A stretch of DNA of 60,962 nt, the filler included. It is 3 parts of 3 records of this genome, joined end to end, with 100 filler letters (N's around TTAATTAATTAA, not from the genome) between each part and the next. Parts side by side here need not be neighbours in the genome. Positions count along the whole stretch, not along the records: positions 32,148 to 60,962 come from SRR22947727_3291; 2 more parts are not named here. One strand, written 5' to 3'. The number at the start of each line of letters is the position of its first letter. The first letter of the stretch is position 1. The position numbers were made by a program, and so were the translations under genes. The notes beneath the pieces are model-generated. The model saw only the letters and a program-made list of their open reading frames with translations, ran no database searches and had not been told where the DNA came from. This document shows, piece after piece, positions 54,000 through 60,962 of this stretch.

Positions 54000-54009
54000 A
54001 GGGAACGTC

Positions 54010-54816
54010 ATGGCTGATTTGCTGAAAAAACCGTTTGGAACCCGCGGCAAGGTGCATCAAATCACACGCGAAAGCGCAGGCTGGCGATATGTCGGTTTCT
54101 CGCTTTATCGCCTGAAAGCCGGGGACGAAGCGGCAGAAGTGACCGGCGACCTTGAAGTCATCCTTGTTATGGTCGAAGGCAAGGCGGCCATCACCGGTGG
54201 TGGTCAGGATTGGGGCGTTTTGGGCGACCGCATGAACGTGTTCGAAAAGACGCCGCCGCATTGCCTATATCTGCCGAATGGCACGGATTGGGCGGCCAAG
54301 GCTGAAACCGATTGTGTCATTGGCGTCTGCACGGCACCGGGCATTGGCGGGCATAAAGCACGGCGCATCGGGCCCGACGGCATCACCTTGACAGAGCGCG
54401 GCACAGGAACCAACACACGCCACATCAACAATATAGCGATGGAAAACGAGGATTACTGTGACAGTTTGTTGGTGACCGAGGTGTTCACACCGGCGGGCCA
54501 TTGGTCGTCCTATCCAAGCCACCGACACGATGAAGACGATTACCCCCACATCACATACCTTGAGGAAACCTATTACCACCGCCTAAACCCTGCGTCAGGC
54601 TTTGGTATCCAAAGGGTCTATACCGACGACGGGCAGTTGGACGAAACAATGGCGGTGTCTGATGGCGACGTCGTTTGCGTGCCGCGCGGTCATCATCCCT
54701 GTGGCACCCCCTACGGGTTCGAGATGTATTACCTCAATGTCATGGCTGGGCCGCTCCGAAAGTGGCGTTTCGTTGCGGCTCCCGAGGTTGAATGGATCAT
54801 GGAACGCGACGCCTAG
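54010..54816 (+). CDS. iolB: 5-deoxy-glucuronate isomerase
   Basis: AGWRYVGF, WSSYPSHRHD, LEETYYH, YYLNVMAG. Confidence 0.96.
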   Translation: MADLLKKPFGTRGKVHQITRESAGWRYVGFSLYRLKAGDEAAEVTGDLEVILVMVEGKAAITGGGQDWGVLGDRMNVFEKTPPHCLYLPNGTDWAAKAETDCVIGVCTAPGIGGHKARRIGPDGITLTERGTGTNTRHINNIAMENEDYCDSLLVTEVFTPAGHWSSYPSHRHDEDDYPHITYLEETYYHRLNPASGFGIQRVYTDDGQLDETMAVSDGDVVCVPRGHHPCGTPYGFEMYYLNVMAGPLRKWRFVAAPEVEWIMERDA

Positions 54817-55844
54817 AAGGATTCCGGCACATACAACTGAGGTGTCAGGAAGTGCTGGCCCGGGCTGGAAGTTTGTCCGCTAAGCTGCGACTCAATCATC
54901 AACTGAACCACATTTTCGCACAGTTCTTGCAGCGGTGTGGCAATAACCATTGTGGCATAGCGATCTACAAGGGCTTTTCGGCTGTCATCTGTCAGCTCAT
55001 TTACGACGAGCGCCACCTTACCGGGCGGCCGCTTTTCGCGCAAAGCGGCGATCGCGCCTTCCATCCCGCCGCCGGCTACATAGATGCCACGCAGATCTGG
55101 TTGGCGGTCCAGGAGATCTAGCGTTGCTTCATAGGTGACCTGGCGGGTTTCGAGATTGACCACCGTGTCGATCATTGAGAAATCCGGCGCGTATTCGCGG
55201 ATGTAACTTTGGAATCCCGTCTCGCGCATCAGATGTCCGTGCCACCGGTTGCCGCCCACAAATACAGCCAACTTACCGGGAGTGCGTGCGTGCGTTGTTA
55301 GCATCCATGCCGCAGTGCGTCCGACTTTGACGTTGTCCAGCCCAAGGTAGTTCTGTCGGATGTTTTGGGCAAAGTCGTTCAACAGCGCAAAGACAGGCGT
55401 GCCTGTGCGGGCAAGGTCGCTTACCAGTTCGGATAGGGACGGGTGGTTGATTGCCGATGTCGCAATCGCATCCGTCTGCTGCGCAACGACTTCTATTTCT
55501 TTTGCGAAGTCGTCTGGCGCTTGCGACGCTGCGAAGCGAATGACTGCCCGGCCACGGATGTCGGTCCGGCTATTGACAACATCTTGCAGGGCTGCTGCGA
55601 AATTACGGTAAAACTCTTGCGATCCTTTATGAAGTACGAATCCAAAACGGATCAGAGGGCGACTGGCCTCGTCGCGTCGTGCGGATAACACGCGGGTCGG
55701 GTAGCCGATACGCTCGGCCTCGTCCAAAACACGATCGAGTGTTTCCTGGCGCACGTTGGAGCGCCCGTTAAGCGCACGATCCACCGTCGCAACGCCGACG
55801 CCTGCGGCATACGCAAGATCTTTAAGGGTCGGGCGCTTCGTCAT
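54813..55844 (-). CDS. LacI-family regulator 3, divergent from mocD (paralogue of regulator 2)
   Basis: HTH LKDLAYAAGVGVATVDRAL; shares FVGGNRWHGH and NLETRQVTYEA with LacI-2; start reset to MTKRPT. Confidence 0.93.
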   Translation of the reverse strand: MTKRPTLKDLAYAAGVGVATVDRALNGRSNVRQETLDRVLDEAERIGYPTRVLSARRDEASRPLIRFGFVLHKGSQEFYRNFAAALQDVVNSRTDIRGRAVIRFAASQAPDDFAKEIEVVAQQTDAIATSAINHPSLSELVSDLARTGTPVFALLNDFAQNIRQNYLGLDNVKVGRTAAWMLTTHARTPGKLAVFVGGNRWHGHLMRETGFQSYIREYAPDFSMIDTVVNLETRQVTYEATLDLLDRQPDLRGIYVAGGGMEGAIAALREKRPPGKVALVVNELTDDSRKALVDRYATMVIATPLQELCENVVQLMIESQLSGQTSSPGQHFLTPQLYVPESF

Positions 55845-55853
55845 TGGTGTCCT

Positions 55854-55910
55854 TGATTGAATCACATCACTTGTTGGCGTTCTGATGATGTATTTTGATG
55901 TATAATCATG
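55854..55910. promoter_or_regulatory. Operator region between lacI-3 and mocD
   Basis: TGATTGAATCACATCA (55854-55869, reverse complement TGATGTGATTCAATCA) plus TGATGT half-sites at 55886 and 55896. Confidence 0.6.
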
Positions 55911-55973
55911 CTCACCACAAGACGAGAAATGCCGCAGTCTGATACTCATAGGTTAGATTGCTGATAACGAGAT

Positions 55974-57077
55974 ATGACGATGCAAAAACGTGATTATTCG
56001 CTGCTGGGACCGGATGCGCAGCGCGCAGTTGAGACAGGATTGGCAGCTGCCAACTGGTATCATACGGACATCGCGCGCAAAGACATGAAGGCGCTGATGA
56101 AGCGCGAGGATCAGCCTGCGATCCGAGACACGGTGATCTTGTTCAGCGCCATGACGATCTTTGTTGTTTTGGGTGTAGCGCTTTGGCCATCTTGGTGGTC
56201 GGCGCCGTTCTGGCTCGCCTATGGTGTTCTATATGGATCAGCGATGGACAGTCGCTGGCACGAATGCGGGCATGGTACACCATTCCGCACTGCGAAATAT
56301 AATGACTGGGTCTACCAAATCGCGTCATTCTGCATGGTTCGCAATCCGGTGACGTGGCGTTGGGGTCATGCGCGCCACCATACCGATACCGTAATCGTCG
56401 GTCGCGACCCCGAGATCGTCGCGATGCGGCCACCTGCGCTGTTTCGCATTCTTCTGAACTTCTTTGGTATTCTGGATGCGTTCCAAGGCTGGAAAACGAT
56501 GGTCCAGAATGCATTTGGCCACCTTGATCCCGAAGCCGCAAGTTACATCCCCCAAAGCGAGCAGCCCAAGGTGTTTCGCACAGCGCGGATCTGGGTTGCG
56601 ATCTATGCGGTTGTCCTGCTTCTTGCGGTGGCGACGCAATCTATTCTACCGCTCATGATCATCGGATTGCCGCGCCTTTACGGGGCCTGGCATCACGTTA
56701 TGACCGGCATTTTGCAGCACGCCGGTCTTGCAGATAACGTCATCGACCACCGCCTGAACAGCCGCACGGTCTACATGAACCCGATCAGCCGGTTCATCTA
56801 CTGGAACATGAACTACCACGTGGAACACCATATGTTTCCAATGGTTCCCTATCATCGGCTGCCCGAATTGCATGCGGCGATCAAACATGACCTGCCGGCG
56901 CCGAATCCGTCAATTTGGCAAGCCTACAAAGAGGTTTGGCCAATCCTGAAGCGGCAACTGACTTATCATGATGAATTTCTGATGCGCAGCCTCCCCGGGG
57001 GAGCGCAGCCATACCGCAACGATTTGCATCAAAGCGCACTTGGAGAAACGACTCCAACAGCGACTCCGGCAGAATAA
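55974..57077 (+). CDS. mocD: MocD-like fatty-acid-desaturase-family hydrocarbon oxygenase
   Basis: His boxes WHECGH, GHARHH, QHAGL, NYHVEHH; followed by a Rieske ferredoxin and a reductase as in rhizobial mocDEF. Confidence 0.85.
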   Translation: MTMQKRDYSLLGPDAQRAVETGLAAANWYHTDIARKDMKALMKREDQPAIRDTVILFSAMTIFVVLGVALWPSWWSAPFWLAYGVLYGSAMDSRWHECGHGTPFRTAKYNDWVYQIASFCMVRNPVTWRWGHARHHTDTVIVGRDPEIVAMRPPALFRILLNFFGILDAFQGWKTMVQNAFGHLDPEAASYIPQSEQPKVFRTARIWVAIYAVVLLLAVATQSILPLMIIGLPRLYGAWHHVMTGILQHAGLADNVIDHRLNSRTVYMNPISRFIYWNMNYHVEHHMFPMVPYHRLPELHAAIKHDLPAPNPSIWQAYKEVWPILKRQLTYHDEFLMRSLPGGAQPYRNDLHQSALGETTPTATPAE

Positions 57078-57088
57078 GGAATAGATAA

Positions 57089-57400
57089 ATGGCAAACTGG
57101 ATTGACGCCTGCGCGGCAGACGACATCGACGAAGAAGACGTGATCCGTTTTGATCACGATGGGCGCACCTTTGCGGTTTATCGCTCGCCCGATGACAATT
57201 ATTTCTGCACCGACGGACTTTGCACTCATGAACAGGTGCATCTGGCAGATGGTCTTGTGATGGATCACACCATTGAATGCCCTAAACACAACGGTCAGTT
57301 TGACTATCGTACGGGCGAGGCAACACGCACACCTGTCTGTGTGAACCTTGGGGTGTATCCGGTCAAGGTTGAGGGCGGTCGCGTCCTGATCGACATTTGA
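57089..57400 (+). CDS. mocE: MocE-family Rieske 2Fe-2S ferredoxin (copy 2)
   Basis: DGLCTHE, IECPKHNG. Confidence 0.9.
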   Translation: MANWIDACAADDIDEEDVIRFDHDGRTFAVYRSPDDNYFCTDGLCTHEQVHLADGLVMDHTIECPKHNGQFDYRTGEATRTPVCVNLGVYPVKVEGGRVLIDI

Positions 57401-58609
57401 ATGTCGGGCATTGTCATCATCGGGGCAGGGGAGTGCGGTGTGCGTGCGGCCTTTGCTGCCCGTGCCGAAGGCTTTGACGGTGAAGTTACGCTGGTTGGCG
57501 ACGAATGCGGCATGCCCTACGAACGCCCGCCGCTTTCCAAACCCGACGCGAATGGTGCAACCCTTAAACCGATATGCACCGCAGAGATGTTGGCTGCGAA
57601 AAACATTATGCTGTTAGATGGAGTTGCGGCAAAGCATATTAATAGGGAAGCCTCATGTGTACGCCTGTCCACCGGTGAGGATTTGACGTATTCGCGGCTG
57701 CTTTTGGCGACAGGTGCTAGCCCGCGCAGGTTGACATGCGAAGGCGGCGAACACGCGGTGACGCTGCGGACCATTGAAGACGCGAACCGGATTTACAGTG
57801 CAGCTGTGAAAAGGACACGCACGGTAATAATCGGGGCTGGTCTTATAGGGCTGGAACTCGCCGCCGAACTGGTTGGACGTGGTAGCAAAATTACGGTTCT
57901 AGAAGCCGGGCCAGTGCCGCTTGGCCGCAATGTTCCGCAACCCCTCGCACAACGTATAGTCGAGCGCCACCTAGCCGAGGGCGTGGATATCGTCTGTAAC
58001 GTCGAGGTCGCGCGCATTTCCAGTCGTGCTGTCGAATTGGTGGGCGGTCAGTTGATTGCCGCAGATCTGGTTGTTGCGGCCATTGGTGTTGTTCCAAATA
58101 CGGATCTCGCACAGGCCGCTGGTTTGTATATCGGTAACGGGATCGCCGTTGATGAGGCATTGCGCACCATTGACACCAACATTTTTGCCGCTGGAGATTG
58201 CGCAAGTGTGAACTTCTCGGGGCTTGGGCTTCAAAGATTTGAAACTTGGCAGAATGCTCAGTTCCAAGGTGAGATCGCGGGTCGGAACTTGGCAGGTGCG
58301 TCCGGTGTTTTCCAACCTCCAGTCTGGTTTTGGTCCGATCAATACGACCTTGGCTTGCAGGGTGTCGGTCAAACCATTGGAAAAGCTACTGCGCAACGCA
58401 CGCTTTCGGATGATGCAAAGATCCTGTTTTACCTGAATGATGCCGGACAATTGGTTGGCGCGGCTGGCTTGGGTGTCGGTAACGCGGTCGCCAAAGACAT
58501 CAAGCTGGCGCAGAAACTGATTGAGGCCAAAGTGGCGGTCGCGGCTGCAAGCCTTGAAGATCCAACAACAAATTTAAAGAAATTGCTCAAACCCGCTCCG
58601 GCGAACTGA
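57401..58609 (+). CDS. mocF: FAD-dependent ferredoxin reductase (MocF-like)
   Basis: IIGAGECG, YERPPLSK, IIGAGLIGLE, FAAGDC, WFWSDQYD. Confidence 0.88.
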   Translation: MSGIVIIGAGECGVRAAFAARAEGFDGEVTLVGDECGMPYERPPLSKPDANGATLKPICTAEMLAAKNIMLLDGVAAKHINREASCVRLSTGEDLTYSRLLLATGASPRRLTCEGGEHAVTLRTIEDANRIYSAAVKRTRTVIIGAGLIGLELAAELVGRGSKITVLEAGPVPLGRNVPQPLAQRIVERHLAEGVDIVCNVEVARISSRAVELVGGQLIAADLVVAAIGVVPNTDLAQAAGLYIGNGIAVDEALRTIDTNIFAAGDCASVNFSGLGLQRFETWQNAQFQGEIAGRNLAGASGVFQPPVWFWSDQYDLGLQGVGQTIGKATAQRTLSDDAKILFYLNDAGQLVGAAGLGVGNAVAKDIKLAQKLIEAKVAVAAASLEDPTTNLKKLLKPAPAN

Positions 58610-58625
58610 GCTTAAGGAGAACGAC

Positions 58626-59435
58626 ATGGATCTTTATCACAAGCGGCCAACAGTGGCGGATATTCGAGCGCTTAAGGGCAAGCGTCAACTGACGATGTTA
58701 TACGTAGAAACGCCCGATGAGGCCGCGGCGGCGGCGGCGGCGGGGATTGATATGTTGTCGATTATTGATCCCGCTTGGACCGAAGAAATGCGCAAGGCGG
58801 CGGGAAATTGTTTTGTGCAGGTCGGGCTGCTTTACGGTCAACTCGTAACGCTTGAAGATTACCAACGTGCCGCGCACCGCGCGATGCAAGTGGGCGGCGA
58901 TTGCGTCTATTGTGCATCGTCCATGGGCACGATCAAAGCGCTCGCTGATGATGGAATTCCGGTTGTAAGCCATGTTGGTCTGATCCCGTCCAAGTCAACA
59001 TGGACCGGCGGCTTTAAAGCCGTGGGAAAAACCGCTGAGAGCGCAATGCAGGTTTTGGACCACGTCAGACAACTCGAAGACATCGGCTGTTTCGGCGTGG
59101 AACTGGAAGTCGTTCCTGATCGCGTCGCGATTGAAATATCGAAACGAACAAACCTTGTTTTACTCGGCATGGGGGCTGGCCCGCATGCTGACGCGCAATA
59201 CCTATTCGCCGAAGACGTATTGGGGTGCACTACGGGCCATAAGCCGCGCCACGCAAAGACGTACCGCAATTTTGCCAGCGAATTCGACCGCCTGCAGCAA
59301 GAACGCATTGCCGCGTTCCGCGAGTTCAAGGCCGATGTCGATGGGGCTGCCTATCCAGCAGCAGACCATTCCGTAAAAATCAGCGATGACGAGCTAGAAA
59401 AATTCATCGCCCGATTGAATGATACCGCGACCTGA
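58626..59435 (+). CDS. PanB-like hydroxymethyltransferase paralogue lacking the canonical Mg2+ ligands
   Basis: Keeps SHVGLIP, GGFKAVGK, LEVVP, GMGAG and DAQYL; lacks GDS, D(M/L)PF and VKxEG. Confidence 0.82.
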   Translation: MDLYHKRPTVADIRALKGKRQLTMLYVETPDEAAAAAAAGIDMLSIIDPAWTEEMRKAAGNCFVQVGLLYGQLVTLEDYQRAAHRAMQVGGDCVYCASSMGTIKALADDGIPVVSHVGLIPSKSTWTGGFKAVGKTAESAMQVLDHVRQLEDIGCFGVELEVVPDRVAIEISKRTNLVLLGMGAGPHADAQYLFAEDVLGCTTGHKPRHAKTYRNFASEFDRLQQERIAAFREFKADVDGAAYPAADHSVKISDDELEKFIARLNDTAT

Positions 59436-59475
59436 ATTTGGGCCCTTCCGCCGCACTCCATTTTGAAAGCCAATA

Positions 59476-60360
59476 ATGCCCAATCTTGCCCTTACAGTGT
59501 CATGCGTTTCTACCATTGGTATCGTCGCAGCAATCTCGACCTTCCTTGCAAAGCATGAGTGTAACATCACCGACAGTGCCCAATTTGACGACCCAATCAC
59601 TGGCGCGTTTTTCACGCGCGTTAGTTTCAAGGCGCCCGACGCCATGGATATGGATGACCTGCGCGGTCATTTTAACGAAACTGCCGCGCAATTTAAGATG
59701 GACTGGGCCATCCACGACCAAGCCACGAAAATGAAAGTTGCGATCATGGTGTCGCGTTTCGGGCATTGTTTGAACGATCTGCTTTATCGCTGGCGCATCG
59801 GTGCCCTGCAGATTGATATTGTCGCAGTAATTTCAAACCACACCGATTATCAAAAGCTGGTCGTCAATCATGACATCCCGTTTCATCACATCAAAGTCAC
59901 GAAGGAGAATAAGCCGGACGCCGAGGCGCGGATCATGCAAGTGATTGAGGAGTCCGATGCTGAGCTCGTTGTCTTAGCGCGGTATATGCAGATCCTAAGC
60001 GACCAGATGTGCCAAAAAATGTCAGGCCGCATTATCAATATCCATCACTCATTTCTGCCGAGTTTCAAAGGTGCAAACCCCTATAAGCAGGCCTTTGAAC
60101 GCGGTGTGAAACTGATTGGTGCAACGGCGCACTATGTAACGGCCGACCTTGATGAGGGGCCGATCATTGAACAAGACACAATCCGCGTAACGCATGCGCA
60201 AAGCGCAGGCGATTACGTCACACTTGGTCGTGACGTCGAAGCGCAGGTATTCGCCAGGGCGATCCATGCCCATATTCACCACCGCGTATTTCAAAATGGC
60301 GACAAAACCGTGGTCTTTCCGGCCAGCCCTGGGGGCTATGCTTCGGAAAGACTGGGTTAA
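59476..60360 (+). CDS. purU: Formyltetrahydrofolate deformylase
   Basis: N-terminal ACT domain, [41 protein letters not shown]. Confidence 0.96.
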   Translation: MPNLALTVSCVSTIGIVAAISTFLAKHECNITDSAQFDDPITGAFFTRVSFKAPDAMDMDDLRGHFNETAAQFKMDWAIHDQATKMKVAIMVSRFGHCLNDLLYRWRIGALQIDIVAVISNHTDYQKLVVNHDIPFHHIKVTKENKPDAEARIMQVIEESDAELVVLARYMQILSDQMCQKMSGRIINIHHSFLPSFKGANPYKQAFERGVKLIGATAHYVTADLDEGPIIEQDTIRVTHAQSAGDYVTLGRDVEAQVFARAIHAHIHHRVFQNGDKTVVFPASPGGYASERLG

Positions 60361-60818
60361 ACATAATCGGTCGTCGCATGTGAAATTTGGCTGTACGCGG
60401 CCGTAATCGCGGCCACGTATCCGTGGACTCCAAGTCCGGCAATGACGCCCGTTGCAATCCCGGACACATATGAGTGGTGCCTGAACTCTTCGCGCTTGTG
60501 AACGTTTGAAATGTGGACCTCAAAAATCGGGCAATCACACGCAGCCAAGGCATCGCGGATTGCAACAGATGTATGCGTATAGCCAGCAGGATTAATGACG
60601 ACTGCGGCAGCCACTGTACGGGCTTTATGGATCAGTTCGACCAATTCTCCTTCGTGATTGCTTTGATGAAAAGATATCAGCATTCCAAGGCTCAAGGCGG
60701 TGTCCATGCAGAGCCTTTCCACATCCCTTAATGTTTCATGGCCATAGATCTCAGGTTGGCGTGTGCCGAGGAGGTTCAAGTTGGGTCCATTAAGGACGTA
60801 AATTGTAGGTTTGCTCAT
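60357..60818 (-). CDS. aroQ: Type II 3-dehydroquinate dehydratase
   Basis: [33 protein letters not shown]. Confidence 0.95.
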   Translation of the reverse strand: MSKPTIYVLNGPNLNLLGTRQPEIYGHETLRDVERLCMDTALSLGMLISFHQSNHEGELVELIHKARTVAAAVVINPAGYTHTSVAIRDALAACDCPIFEVHISNVHKREEFRHHSYVSGIATGVIAGLGVHGYVAAITAAYSQISHATTDYV

Positions 60819-60962
60819 TGGTGTGTCGCTGCTCCGATATGATTAACTTGGGCGCAAACGTCACAGAGGGCAGACAGGCTGCGTGCGGTCGCTCGAGCCA
60901 TAGCCGGCAAGATCATCCATTCAAGCGTCCATGCGGTACTGTCAGATTAAACTCGGTTGAAG

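Noticed and set aside
1-60962. CRISPR arrays, rRNA, intact transposases, integrases or defence systems
   Set aside because: No regularly spaced repeats or diagnostic motifs seen; the NYN protein is in its normal housekeeping context

Overview
Draft-assembly window from a marine Roseobacter-group alphaproteobacterium (inferred from protein sequences and gene order). Three contigs are joined by artificial 100-bp spacers (N44-TTAATTAATTAA-N44 at 12057-12156 and 32048-32147), so adjacency across those points is unproven. Contig 1 is core genome: partial ispH, an orphan hybrid histidine kinase, a NYN protein, folK-rpoZ-rsh-DUF2062-pdxJ-acpS-lepB-rnc-era-DUF1491-recO and a broken tRNA. Contig 2 opens with a decayed accessory patch 3' of tRNA-Ala(GGC): an rpsU-like 3' end, a polymerase-like fragment and a DUF1461 fragment. 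It continues with a GntR regulator, sucCD-sucAB-lpdA, gcdH, infC (ATA start) and a sulfite-assimilation operon whose cysH is internally deleted. Contig 3 is a ~28-kb cyclitol catabolic island bordered by a dif-like site. It carries iolG-C-D-E-B, two sugar ABC transporters (one MocB-like), three LacI regulators with recognisable operators, two different His-box di-iron oxygenases, two MocE-type Rieske ferredoxins, a MocF reductase, a PanB paralogue lacking the Mg/keto-acid ligands, and PurU. The best candidate for an undescribed system is this oxygenase + PanB-like + PurU module, which I infer to be a route for demethylating methyl-inositols (possibly C-methyl ones) and disposing of the C1 unit. 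All family calls come from motif recognition by eye; no database search was run.
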